A DNA stretch of 64,000 bases, taken from positions 372,001 to 436,000 of the forward strand of contig CM120642.1 in the NCBI GenBank assembly GCA_051362555.1. Reading direction: 5' to 3'. Shown one piece after another: positions 1 through 13,265 of this stretch (within the stretch, counting starts at the first letter, position 1; each line of letters opens with the position of its first letter). The translations under genes and the position numbers were made by a program. This DNA is from Lingula anatina (taxonomy: Eukaryota > Animalia > Brachiopoda). Below the pieces are notes generated by a model that worked only from the letters and a program-made list of their open reading frames with translations, was not told the DNA's origin and did no database searches.

Positions 1-399
1 ACATGTAGTGCGTTTAAATGGAGAGTAAATTAGGATAACATTTGCATATAGAATAACATCGCTGCTTTGGATTCGAACTCACTTACGTTTCTCTACGCTG
101 TTGGTAATTCATCCAGCCGTCTTACTGATGAGCCTGTGTGGAAGCTGCTGCAAGCCGACCGAAAATTACCGATACTTATGGCGCCGTGTTTATAATTATT
201 GTGCGGACATTAATTATGTAGGACATGCGTTTCTGTGTATATGTGAAAGGAAACTATGTCCGACAGGAATACATGTCCTACCTGCGTATAAATAAAGCTG
301 GGAATCTAGGTCCGGGTAGGACAGTACATCCTAGGGAACGCACGTCCATAGGACATGTTTTCCAGGAACGGAGGTCCGGAGGACCTCCGTTCCTGGGGG

Positions 400-560
400 A
401 CATGCATTCCTTTCACACCGGCCCCAGGTCTTTTCTTCAGGGGGTATTGATTTTGGTTTTCGGTATCTGCCTCTTTGGATTTCTAAGTCATGTGCCCCTG
501 TTCTAAATTTTGCCAAATATTGCATTTCATGTTTTGGTATAGGTGCTGTTGTGTACGCTT
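400..560 (-). mobile_element. Non-LTR retrotransposon (L2/CR1-group) ORF2 C-terminal fragment
   Basis: ORF 331..525(-) contains LAKFRTGAHDLEIQRGRY...IPPEEKTWGRC, resembling the post-RT 'R.S.H.L.IE.GR...P.E.R.C' motif of L2/CR1-group LINEs. Confidence 0.55.
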
Positions 561-2232
561 CCCTTTCATAATTTGTTTTAAATAATCGATTATATTTGTA
601 GTGACACTATATAGCTCACTGCCGTTGAATATGTGAAAGCTGTTATTTGATTCATTCTGCTGTGTCGGACGGTGTGGACCAGCCCAATGGTTCATTCACT
701 TATTCTTTTCTGAAGATTGGTGATGCAGTTTGGGTGCTTAAATATTATTTAACCTCATTCTAACAAGGGAAAGGAGAAGGGAAGGAAACAGAGATGTCAA
801 ATGAAATGGGTAGAATGAGAAATACAATACATTAATTAAAGGTACTCGCGTTGAAAAAAAACGGTAGACTGTTTTGCACCAAGATGACGGGGTACCTCGT
901 ATAAATTTTCCTAAATGGTATAAAATGTGCATATTTTCACCACTATTTTGTATTATTTTAAACCATTAATCATGTTAGACACGGTATCCGTAATAAAAAG
1001 TGCTATGTCTAACAATTTACAGCTGTAAGGTGATCTTTTGTAAATATAAGTACATGGAAATGGGGGTGGGACAACCTTTTTGACCAATGTTGTATGTGCT
1101 GACTTATATTTTACTCTCGTAAACTGAGGTAGCGGCCATTTAAACCGTATCATACCTTGGTTCAAGTTATGAAAGGTTTAAGCACAAAACAATAAGTGGA
1201 GGGTATTTTTTCATTCAAAATTCAGTATCTATGATGAGTGACAATAGGGACTTTACAAAGCTTTACGTGCTTCTTGTCCATTTATTTCAATCGTATCAAA
1301 ACGTTTGATTTACAATTTTCATAAGTTTCATAATTTTGTCGATTTAATGAAACCATATTTGTACAAAGTGGGTTAGCATAAGTGAAGCAAAAACCAGATT
1401 GAAAGTCAACAGCCTTTTTAAGTGAGACAAGACACCCTCTTCACACTGATTATAACATTGATAAAGACATTATGCAACAAGGCAATTTAGTTCTACATGT
1501 ATCAACTCGAGTGTGAAAACAACATAATCTTTGTCACTTTTACAAGACAATGGAGGCGAGCAAGTGGAGTAATTACAATATACAATCAGAAGGAATTTAG
1601 TTTAGAAAGCTAACTTCGGGTCAGCCCTTTGCTTGTTCGCGACCTTCGTGTGTTCGTGTAAATGTGTGAAAGACAGGCAACGGTCTTGAATCGCTGTTGA
1701 TATTGTTTGTAATCAATATTGAAGTATATCCCCTTCGCCTATATATAAACGTGTTAGTTTGCCTCATGTTCACTCTTTTTCTTTCAGGTGGATCATACAA
1801 GGCGTTGAGATCGCACGCATTACAGTGAGAGTAGCCAAAGAGTGACGATGATCAACCCAAGCACAATCTAGGCAAGTATTGTTCACAAAACGAATTATGT
1901 TGAATAAACTTACGCTTAAATAAATAATCGGCACAAGGTTCGGTTATTGTCACTTAAAAGCTTTCGATCAAAGACGTTCATTTAAATCACAAATCATTTG
2001 ACGATTAACAAATAGACAGGTTCAAGGGGCATTTTTGTTTCAGCTAGGGGGACTTCAGGTAGAGGGTTCAGTGAAGGTGTTTCCTCGGGTGATAGTTGCA
2101 TCACGCCCTAGGTCTAAGCGAGTTGAATAGAAGCTTTTTTCCAAGCATCCTATACCAAACTACTGAGTTGGGACAAAAGTCTTTTTATATGCACTGTGCA
2201 ATTACAATTAATAGATCAGTTGACTACTTGAT

Positions 2233-2234
<2 letters not shown>

Positions 2235-2309
<75 letters not shown>
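2235..2309. repeat. Poly-C homopolymer (75 nt)
   Basis: Uninterrupted C run read directly. Confidence 0.95.
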
Positions 2310-3639
2310 AGGTATCGCATGTTTGTATTCTTACTTGAGTGATCTAAAACATGTTCGACATGGCGTTTCTGCACGGCAGCCGGAGACACAGTAATTGTAT
2401 GGGCATGGTTGAAGCTTGTTCGATAGAAAATAACAGTCACGTTTAACAATAGATAGGGAGCTATTGTAAGACCCCCTACCTCTTTAACTGATGATTTACA
2501 CCGTACATTGGCCGTACTCTCATGTATTGTGTGATTACAATGTCATCGGTCCACCTGCTGCACATTGGAGTTGGAATATCCTTGCGCCTCTGTCAATGCA
2601 CCTCATTTAATCTAAATATTATACTATAAATATAGCATAGGTAATATATTTGCCATGTACCTGTGTATTGTTCCTTTTTGAAGATGCTATTCGCTGTTTT
2701 GTTTCCTTATTCATCATTCATTATCGTTCATGTTTTATAAATACTTGAACTAGTAAGTTTGTAAATAAATTATTCATTTATAAAAAAATGCAATAATTTT
2801 TTGAGGTTGATACTGACGCTCATGTATGTTAATCAAACAAACAATACTTAGTTCAATTTTAACTACGGAAAATTCATATTGAATAAAATACCTCATAACA
2901 AATTTAACTAGCAGCTTTTTAGCAACACTAAAAAGATAATCAGCTGCAAATGCCAAACTAGTGAACAAATGGACAGTTCGCTACGGGAGATAGTTTAGTG
3001 GCACGATGTAGCATGGGTTCAAGCCTCTTATATATAGCTATTATCCTTTCGCCACAACAAAATTACGCCTAAACTATTGTGTTTTTTGCGTTCGAATTTT
3101 GAAGGGATTTAGACGGCTCTCTATTGTTTGTCCGCCCCCTTCTATTCACAGGATGGGGATTAAAACAATTCCAACGTTTTAAAACGTCGTACAACGGAAA
3201 CATAATTATTATTACTATATATATCACATTCAAATATTTTCAGATAGGGTTCTTACCAAAACACCTGGGGACAGCTAATGAAATCACACCTACCCTCAAG
3301 CAACTTCACTAGCCATCCAATAAGGCACGCATTCTCTTAAAAATTCTGGACTATGCTCATGTTTCTCTTAATAACTCAGTCCTAACATATTCATAGGATA
3401 TCATGTCAAAGTGAAAGTTTTGGATCATCCTGTTATGCCGTAATAAGATAATGAAAATATTATTACACTGCATCTTACACTGAAGCAGAGATCACTGTTT
3501 TAGTGAAGATAACGACAATCTTGAGCTTTCTTACATATATTCACCCACTGCCTTTCCATACAATTTCACAAGTATTTAAACTCTTTTTCTGCGTACTGAT
3601 AATGCATTTACTTGTTTTGTTTTCATTGTCTGATTACAA

Positions 3640-3985
3640 AAGATTTTCAATTCTCATGTTGAAAGCCACCATGCAACATTTCCTTATAAAGTAATCTCTC
3701 TAAAATATTATCTGAATTACTCATTCTTGAATCATATCCAAAACTCAGTTATCATGTTCAAAACAGTTGATCGAAATTAAAAAATATTATGAAATTAACC
3801 AATCACACAAATTGTTACTGACTTTGACCTTTTCCATATTTTTTCTGAGATTTAAAACGGTCTACACTTGTTGACTCTTAAAGAAACTTACCTTACACGC
3901 AATTATTCCCTGTCCTTTTACTCGCGTGATTCCTTTTAATTATTATCTGCAATCAGTGAATGTGTAAGTCATTTGCTTTACAACA
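3640..3985. repeat. Dispersed repeat, second copy at ~8540-8900; possibly very decayed LINE RT (minus strand)
   Basis: Shared blocks such as 'tccaaaactcagttatcatgt', 'aattaaccaatcaca', 'tgttactgactttgaccttttcca' and 'tctacacttgttgactct' occur in both places. Confidence 0.65.
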
Positions 3986-5971
3986 TCACTGTAAACCACC
4001 CTCAACTACTACACCTTTGGCACCTGGCCTTGAGAGATAAACCGCGTGACTGTGATATGGTCAAAACTAAATATGTCGTTTTCAATAGAAAATTCAGTAT
4101 TAAATAATCCTTTATCATATTTGCGCTCGTCTCAACTTGCACGCATCTCGTCTCGGTCAATGTCCATTAGCTTCTACTCACTCATTACATACACTTGTCA
4201 CATACGTTGATAATATTCTTACAGTTGTTGTTTACATTTTAACTGCGCTTTTGTGGGTAATTTAAAAATAGAATTATAGATATGACTTTAAAAACTTTAA
4301 AAAACTTCACCTGAAATTTGATGATAAGACGATAACACTCGACGAAATAAATGTTTAAATTTTCAAATTAAACCAATTTTCTTCAGCTTGTATTTTATAA
4401 GCTATGTTTGTATGTAAAGTGTATTGAACACAACCGGCTTTTATTTTGATAAAAACGCATGAGAGAGTTTTTTTCAATTTCTGCTTAGACCCATATATTT
4501 GTATAATCGCAACCATTTGACTGCTATGGTTTTAATAAAAGTGCACAACAACGGCTGCAACGACGGTAGACATAAATGATGGTTATACTCAACTCAAGCT
4601 GTGTCTGTACATAAAAATGCAAAGTTTCTTGGAAGTAGAAAACAAGCTAACTTTGCTTCTCTGACAATAAAGGTTGCCTATTACATGTAAGAACATTACA
4701 TGGTTCGTCTATCGGGTATATGGGAGTAGCAACTAGACTAATACAAATATTGTAATTGTCTTTGTAATATCATTGCTCTTTTACTTTGGACATAGCGTGA
4801 AGTGGGTAGGCACGTGGTATCTTTTTTTCAACCTGTGGGAGGCTCTTGTAAACATGACCAAGGGTTATCCATACATGTATGTTGTTTAGATGGCGGTTAT
4901 TTGATAGCAATGTTTGATAGGTAGAAGTTTTAAAAGACTATTTTAGGTGGTTAGAAGATTTAAAGCAAGAGAAGTGAGACAATATGCCATAAGATACGAT
5001 GAGCCACTTGCCGCCTTGCTTTCATTCTCATTAATTTCATAAGGTTAGTGTTCTGTTTTCTGTAACGTATGTGCTGTTATCAATAATATATACACTACAT
5101 ATTGAAACCCATATATGTATAGTCAGAAGATAACTTGGTTTTGCATTTAGGTGCGCATAATATTCTGGCTTTCACTGCTCGAGATATTTCTTGAAAAAGA
5201 CAAATGGCGACTTTTCAGTCTCTATTACTCTCTTGTAATTGTGACAATATTGTCTTCTTAACTTTTACGTCTTAAAAGTCTGTGTTGCAACACATGTGGG
5301 CCAAAAAAGGTACGGATCCTGAAAATGGATCTTTATGGACCCCGACCCGCGGCATACTACCTGTGCGTCCTTGGGGAAGTACATTCTGTGTTGGTCTCTG
5401 GGAAGATCTTTCTGGCCTTCGTCCAGTGCCATGGCCTGTATTTCGGGAAGGGACATCCTGGGAACTTTTCTGTAAACCAAACAGCTATTATATAGAAAAT
5501 TACTCCACTTTCAACATTGTATGGAAGGTGTCTTGACTGTTTCCCCTGTGATTGTCTTCGTCACGTTCCCACACATATGGCAGTGTGCTACATGTAAATG
5601 TGTAATAATGTTAATTGTTGACAGTACACAGATAAACTTTAAAACATCCCATAACACTTTCAAATCTCACTAGGCACAGGATGTAGATGAACCACATCAT
5701 TGTACATGAACAGGCGTCACAGTCAGTTACAACGCATTGCCAAGCAACCTCAATTAACAGCCCAAACATCACGTTTAGTTGTCCCGTATTTATATCGGCC
5801 ACATGAATCAACTAGTAGTGCTTCGTCAAGATATAAATATACGCCAGCAGATAGGCGTTATTTTTTTTTTCAACATTCATTACATTGACTACGTCGGACG
5901 TTTTAATACAACCTAATGGATTGCGATCATAATGAAGTAATTCTTATGATTGTAATATATAATATCCTTAT

Positions 5972-5974
<3 letters not shown>

Positions 5975-6023
<49 letters not shown>

Positions 6024-6500
6024 TTGTCAGCTGAGAGAAATAAATTCTTCGCTTCTGATGTGATGTGATGTGAATTTTATAAAATCAGGTTGTATATAGT
6101 ATTTTTCTTACCTCTTTCTGCATTTCAAATCTCTCGACAAGAGAGGCTACGGAAGATTCTCTCTCGGTGTTTGCACTCTCGGTTGGGGACTCCATGGTAG
6201 ATACTAGAAGATATTGAAATTATTTTAATCCATCTGTCTTCGCTCCAAAACTTTTTTCTCCTTCTATTCTGTGAATCGATAGCCGACATTCAATTATTGG
6301 AGGAGGAGAAAACGTTTTGTGCATTTAATGAAGCAGGGTATATTTAATTTGAACTTATACTGTTCCTTCTTAGTGGCTGTATTTTCTTTCTATGAAGTTG
6401 ACAACCCAATGTATCATTCTTCTGAATTTTAATGTAAGATCTTGAATAGTGTATCCCTTTTTGACCCAAAGTGTTGAGCTGTTGCTAATCAGCACTCCCC
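5975..6500 (-). mobile_element. Possible decayed LINE 3' end with (TAA)n tail
   Basis: (TAT)n microsatellite at ~5975-6023 next to purine-rich minus-strand sequence with an L1-like 'LWVKKGYTIQDL' remnant; many stops. Confidence 0.3.
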
Positions 6501-6861
6501 CTCCTTTTACTACCTCTCTTATTTCCTGAATCATTTATGTTAAATAAATATATACTGCAATTGCTTATTTCTATACTCATTTATGGTCATGTACCAAAAA
6601 CCTGATGTGCAAACACTCGTAGTGGCTTATCATGGACATTAAATCTCAGCTGTGCGCGGGAACATTTAGCTAAACATTTTAATGTTCTGTGATAAAACCA
6701 ACCTCTTAATGAAAAAAATTTATTCGTTTGGAGAAAAAATTGCATGTGATGGCAACATTTGCACAATTTGCATCACTAGCTAATAATGATTTAGAACATT
6801 ACCTCTCAGGTCTGTTTAAGCGTGTTACTGAGCTTGTTGAATCTTATATTTTTAATAAGGG

Positions 6862-7872
6862 GTACCGGAGGAGACCAGAATTGATCAGAATTGTGCCGGA
6901 AGTGACGTGTAGTGATGTACTTGACGTATTTAGCTGAGTGGTCATTTTTAGCTGGAGGTGAATGGGAATGAAGACGTGGGCTTAGAGAAAAAAGCAGTTA
7001 TTCAAACAACACGGTAAGATAACATTTTATCTTTATGCATTTGGGGCAGAGAATACTTGTAGAAATAATAGGAGCATGATATGAAAACGTGTCACAAAAC
7101 TTAAGGGTGAAAAATCGTGCTTAATTTGCAGTCGATTTATTTTGAAATATACTGCATCAACCGCCAGCGCGGCAAAGAGCGACAAGGGAAAAGAATACCC
7201 GGGAGGCTATTAATCATTGTCATGTGGGATTTTTGCATGTGTGCAATCTGTGATGCCCATATCTAAATATTTTAGGTGTTTATGGTATGTGCTGCAATAA
7301 TGGCGATGCTTTAGAGTCTTTGTAGGATTTTGTGAAAACCAAGATGTACTGGGGTATTTCGCAACTGACAACTGAACCGTACCGATCAACGACTGCTGTG
7401 CAAAGATGTATCTTTTTTTTTTTTTAATATTGTGACAATTTTTAGATGTTTATATGTCCATCTGACATGATGTTCCACACATATGATCACACTAATTTAC
7501 CTTTTACACCGGGGCAGGCAATAATCAGTGACAAATGACAAAACAAAGGTGACGTTCTGACAGCCTCTTATCTGAGCTAAAAACCATAAGGCATTTAAAT
7601 GGTATTTTACAGCTAACTTGACTTATCACCCTTAAAATCCGTGACACGTTTTCATAACATGCTCCTATTATTTCTACAATCATTATCTGCCCCAAATACA
7701 TAAAGCAAAATTGTTATCTTACCGCGTTGTTAGAAAAACTGCCTTTTCTCCACGTCTTTACTCCCGTTCACCTCCAGCTAAAAATGACCACTCATCTTCG
7801 AGTACACCAATTGACATTACATGACATCACACTTCCAGCACATTTCTGATCGATTCTGGTCTCCTTCGGTAC
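6862..7872. mobile_element. Non-autonomous DNA transposon (foldback MITE) with ~250-bp terminal inverted repeats
   Basis: 6862-~7110 (gtaccggaggagaccagaa...ttaagggtga) is the diverged reverse complement of ~7626-7872 (tcacccttaa...ttctggtctccttcggtac); no convincing ORF inside. Confidence 0.85.
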
Positions 7873-8039
7873 ATTTTATTGTCTGTCTTCTTTTTTATTT
7901 TCTGTAAAATATTAAAGAAATATATAATTGCATCACATGGATAATTCAAATCAGTGCATTGTCTTTCCTGGGACATGGGGTCTAGGGGAAGAATAGTCCG
8001 GAAGGTAGTCCTATATAGAGTAATTAAATAACTTCTAAG

Positions 8040-9230
8040 AAAAAGACTAGACCCCAAAACACAATAAGTAGTAAAATGGTCCTATAACTGAATGCAAACA
8101 CATTTATTTTCATCTTTGCAAACTTTGACCATATAAGTGATTCAGAAAAGTCAGCGAATGGAATGGAATAGCATCAACATTTTTAGGATTCGTAATAATA
8201 GCAATCTGGGATGATATATTGGTTTTTAAATCTCTTTCGTGAACCTTTTTCTTTTCATTTTTATCATACCAACACTTGTGGTAACACAGATAAGATTTGG
8301 GGTTGTGAGAATAAAGTAAGAAGGAATGATATATTAACCTAACCATGGGTGCTCCTTATGGCTGAAAACTTCCAAGAGAAATATCGGATATAGAAATGTT
8401 ATAGTGAGGAATGACGACAGCGGTTTGGAGCTTTCGAACATTTATTCACCTACTCACTATACTCAATTTTTCCGTTGTGATCACGCATTTACTTGTTTTC
8501 TTTTCCATTGTCTTTGCGTGATTGCATATTTTCCATTCGCATGTTGCAAGTCACCATGCAACATTTCCTTATTAGGTAATCCCTAAGAGACTTGTTTTCA
8601 ACTAAAGATATCTAAAATATTATTTGGATTACTCATGCTTGGACCTTATCCAAAACTCAGTTATCATGTGATAAATAGATGATCAAAATTAAAATGTGTT
8701 ATGGAATTAACCAATCACAGTACTGTTACTGACTTTGACCTTTTCCAACTTTTTCTGATACTAAAAACATGTTCTACACTTGTTGACTCTTTTTGAAACT
8801 TAACTTACACTCAATAACTCTCTATCCTTTTACTCTTTTGATTCCGTTTTAATTGTTATCTGCAACTACTGAAAGTGCAAGTGATTTGCTTTACAACAGA
8901 TAGTAAATGAGCCTTCTTGATTAACAATATCTGGAAACATTTTGCTGCTCATATAATGTTTGTGCTTAAAATATATCCATTTTGTTGCAGGTTTTTTTTA
9001 TAAAAAAAAGTTTGTTTTTCGGTACATGTAATTTTTTTATCTTTATTTATTGAATCGAGGACAGGGATATTTAAACTTCTTTTGTTCTCTTTCTGTCGTG
9101 GTCTCTATCTTCTGCTAGAGTAAGTGGGGTGAGCCTGAACTGTTGATTATAACACCTATTGGATATCCATATATTGAAAACTGTTTAAACTGTTTTTGGT
9201 TCTACTTGGAAAAGTCAGACTGTTATCAGT
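8040..9230. repeat. Dispersed repeat family; homologous copies at ~24100-24300 and ~26740-27460
   Basis: Shared blocks 'ggaatggaatagcatc', 'aataatagcaatctgggat', 'gctgaaaacttccaaga' and 'ctctatcttctgc..gagtaagtgggg'. Confidence 0.75.
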
Positions 9231-11225
9231 ACAAATTAGTATATCGCTCCCACCTGAGCAAATAAGGTCATTGTCTAACCTTACAAACGTCCAGCTGTGG
9301 AAACGTTTTAGTCACTTTGGAAATTCATCATCAGTGTTATTTTGTTTTATTTATTTTTCTACATGTATAACTAGTAAACATTATGATTATCTCTTGGATA
9401 TCATAAAAGGGGTGAAATACACCCCACTGACAGTAAAATAAACTATTTGTAATTCATGATTAAAATATTGTATCAGAAACTTGAAACTATCATGGAATAA
9501 CAATATATTTTCAGTCAGCAGCAGAAAACCCTGCTCACCATTTCATCAAGATTGTGGGCAAGGTGAAATTTTCTGACAATTTTTCTGGGGATTAGGCAGT
9601 TTTTAAAATAACTTGTTTCTCAAGCTCCGCCGACCTCAAAATGGCTAAAATAGTAAAATATAAAATTGAAAACAAAAATATTTTATTTTTTTCACCGACG
9701 TCCAACTGGCCGTACTGTTCGATAGGAAACAAGAAACCTTACACGTTTCATGGGACTCCCGCGTCACATGACCGCCTTCAAGTTCAAAACGAAGGGTATT
9801 TAAGACAAAGTAAACGATTGGTTCATTTCCCCCAGCTTCCGGTTTTTAAGCCAATAAGTGCTTCGCTGATATTTTACACTGCATGTGTCAAATTAATGCA
9901 ACATGGCAAGAAAAAGTTTACTTAAGCATGAATATGACTACTGTCGTGTGGCTCAGTGTTATAGTGAAAGAAGGACCAAAGATATATACAAAAATGTCTC
10001 TCAGACCACTGTTACAGACTTTTTTGGCAATTTTATTGACTGCTTACTGTCAGAAATGAAAATATCTACTGCAACACTTGTCACATGTGGAAGGTTTCAA
10101 CAGGAAGCCAGTAGCGTCAGGTGCAAAAATAGGTTCTGAACTGAATGTAAGAATGCCGGTCACTACAGTGGTAGATATTGACATTAAGTACAATCAGATA
10201 ACAGTTGGCAATGGACACCAAAAGAGGCAGGCTCAACTAAATTATCCGAGAGCATCCAAAAACAGAACGCATTGGATGTTTTAATACATGTTTTAATGTA
10301 CTTCTGAAAGTCTCCAGAAATGATGTGAGTATTTTTTTCGTTTTATCAGTCTAGAGTGTCATAGTATGAATATTTTTAGGCACTGACATGCTGATAAATA
10401 AATGTCCTTTTTTGCACTTTCACAAAAACGTATGCTGTTTGCTAATTGCTCGCTCACAACAGCAGATGTTTCTATACTGAAGCAATGTGTCTTTGATATT
10501 TTTTTATTAATTTAAGCCAGGTAATAGCTGTTAATTATCATTTGCTTTGGATAATGAGCCTGTCAACATGAATTCATAGTTCAGTTTTCTACCAAGTTTT
10601 TAATGCTTATATAGATATTAAGGTAAACCAGGCCCGTAGCCAGCAATTTCAAAAGAGTGAGTAAGGAATCAACGCGACGGTTAACATCGGCGTGTGGATT
10701 GACGTATGAATTGTTTGTTTGTTTGTCTGTTTGTTTGTTTGTCTGTCTGTTTGCATTTGTTTGTTTATCTTATCTTGTCTGTTTTGATTTTCAGTCGCGT
10801 CTCATCCTATAGGTTATAGTGCGCTTGTACTGAAGTTTGTTTCAGTGTGTTATTGGGTTGAGTCGATAAGCGCGTATAAAAACAGTTCAGCTAAGACACA
10901 GTCCGTATTTGATCGCTCAAATGCCCTTGTACTCAAGCAGTCGTATCAAAGGTTTCTATGTCTAAATGGTTTACACACCAAACAGTAAAGCGGGCGTTCC
11001 AACACTTCTGATTCACAGTAGATGAAATGTAGGGAGAGGAGTTAGGGAGGAGGAGGAGGAGTAAGGGAGGATAATTAGGAGAAGAAGGAGAAATTAGGGA
11101 GGAGGAGGAGTTTGGGAGGAGAAGGAGGAGAAGTTAGGGAGGAGGAGGAGGAGGGAGGGTGTATATAAACTCTTTTCATATATAAATAGCTTACTCCTCA
11201 CCCTCACTTCTTATTCATTGAAAAG

Positions 11226-12150
11226 ATGCTCAAGTGTCCAAAGTGTGCAAAAACCTTCTCCAGAAAGGTCAACTTGGATAGACACGTAATGAGTGCCCAC
11301 CAGGCGAAAGCTCAGCTTTATCTGCAGGCGGGTAGTGTGTTTGGACCACTCATATCCCTATTTACTGCCATGGTGACTGGTCCGACGGGTAGTGGGAAAT
11401 CGGTTTTCGTGAAACGATTGATTGCACACGCACAATCAATGATTTCACCGCCTACACCTAAAATAAGTTGGTGTTACGATATGTGGCAACATTTATACGA
11501 AGTCATGCTGGTCGAGTCAAAAACCCCATTCCCACAGATTTTAGATCCATCTATCCCTGTGGGGAGTCTCACTAGATTACTGTCAGCTTAGCCGGCTTAA
11601 GCGTCTGTCCCGCCTACTAAAAGCTATGAGGGGGTAATTATCTGTCGTGCGCGCTCGTCTGACTGCAATTTAGCATGAACCCCCAGGGAGTTAGGTCGAT
11701 CAGGATGGATCGATCTAAATCTCTGGGAATGCACTCAAAGGGTTTTGTTACGTTTCACCAATGCATTCTTTCCAATATCCAAGATGACGATTTCTTTGAT
11801 CCTAAAGTGAACAATGTCATAGTTTTGACGATCTATTTGCCAAGGCAGTGGTTGATAGCAGAATACGCAACCTAATTACCAAAGTGTCACATCATCGCAA
11901 ACCTTTTTCCCAGACAGAAGGAAGCGAGAACCATCTCCTTGAACTGCCATTATCTTGTCCTCTTTAAAAAACCCAGGGACACATTGTAGGTCAGAACACT
12001 TGCCCAGCAGATGTATCCCCGTGAGGTATCCCCGTGAGGTAAAATAATTCCTCCGAGTTTTTAAACAGGCAACCTCGCCTCCTCATTGCTGCCTCTTCAT
12101 CGATCTAAAGCAATACACTCCAGATGACTGTGGTATATTTCTCGAGGAAA
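11226..12150 (+). pseudogene. Polinton C2H2 zinc finger-A32/FtsK-like packaging ATPase, disrupted
   Basis: N-terminal CPKC...H...H finger, then Walker A GPTGSGKS and 'KISWCY'. After the MITE at ~11523-11735 come 'FFDPKVNNVIVL(DDL)' (Walker B), 'SHHR', 'RTISLNCHYLVLFKNPRD', 'LAQQMYP' and 'LFIDLKQYTPDD', with frameshifts, a stop and a 13-bp duplication at ~12014-12039. Confidence 0.8.
11523..11735. mobile_element. Harbinger-type MITE (CATTCCCA...TGGGAATG family) inserted in the ATPase
   Basis: Inverted termini; very similar to the copy at 63715-63929; interrupts the ATPase frame. Confidence 0.85.
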
Positions 12151-12528
12151 ACAACGATGGTGAGTACCAATCAGAGACTGCAAAGTATTTACAAGAGGAG
12201 AAACATAAGAAGCAACCGTTTACCAAAATAACAAATAAAATAGAAGCAGACCAACGCAAGTTGTGGAAAAAGGTTGATTTGAATTATGAATTGTCCCTCG
12301 AGAAACAGTCATACTGGAAACGACAAAAAAAAACACAAGAAGGACAGTACCATAACCCTATGATGGCTGAAACAGTGTATATGACGACCACTCCTACACA
12401 ACACTCAACACTCCCTCCGCCATATATACGACTTGCATTATTCGTCTCGTTTTCGATATTGAGCGCAATGCATTGTGGGTAAAGTGGGACCCATCTTGCG
12501 TTGCCGCCATTTCTGTACACAGAAATAA

Positions 12529-13265
12529 AATGCCTCTCGGCGGTTCTATGTGTTTTTTGCCTGTTTGTTTCAACAATACGGAGCGAGATCGAAATTTTTC
12601 ATTTTATGCTTTTCTCAAGGACCCAAAAAAGAGAGGTATATGGATTGACAATATTGGAAATGAAGGCAAATTTAGTAAGTTCGAGCCCGCCAAGCATCAC
12701 CGTGTGTGTACTGCTCATTTTGAAGGAGGGAATAAATCGTATTTGGGTGGGAGACCAACTATATTTTCACTCAAGAAATCGAAGATTTGTAAGCCCCGAA
12801 AAAATTTATTAGATATTTAACTGTTGAAAACTCTGAGACAAATTTTAGTGAACCTGGCGGCAAGTGAGAAGTTGAACAGCGAGGACGAAAATGGCTTCTC
12901 AAATACAGACCACGATGCCTACTGCATTGTATCAGATGCAGGCTCAGATGCTCTTTTAACGACAGTTAAGGAAAAACAACATATTGTTTTCAGTATGGAA
13001 CAGAAAATCCGATCTTTAGAAACTGAACTTTCGGAAACAAGAGTGGAATTACAACGAGCAAAAAAAAAAAAAAAAAAAAAAAAAAGATGCATAAAGAAAT
13101 AGTGTGACAGAGAAAAAGTACATAAAATGCTGGAACAATTGTCCAAAGCACATGAGGAAGTTGACAAACACACTTTCAGCATAAAGTCTATGCACAACAA
13201 ACCTGAAATGGTTAAATTTTACATCGGTCTTGAAACCTACGAGGAATTAAAATTTTTCATGACTT
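12529..13265 (+). pseudogene. THAP-domain transposase N-terminus (ISL2EU-like), disrupted
   Basis: THAP signature C..PVC...FYAF..D..KRGIW...HHRVCTAHF, then a coiled coil and 'MVKFYIGL' (~13208); in-frame stops; cut off by nested insertions. Confidence 0.75.

Noticed and set aside
1788-1875. Exon-like segment after a pyrimidine tract + CAG, with a GC-type donor
   Set aside because: No recognisable peptide or partner exons; unsupported without transcripts.
2096-2449. Poly-Pro / poly-Gly ORFs
   Set aside because: Products of the poly-C tract; no other coding signal.
2980-3030. tRNA-like A/B boxes (TAGTTTAGTGG, GGTTCAAGCC)
   Set aside because: Spacing is too short and there is no cloverleaf; at most a decayed SINE head.
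5265-5536. GC-richer ORFs that might be a transposase C-terminus
   Set aside because: No motif I can assign with confidence.
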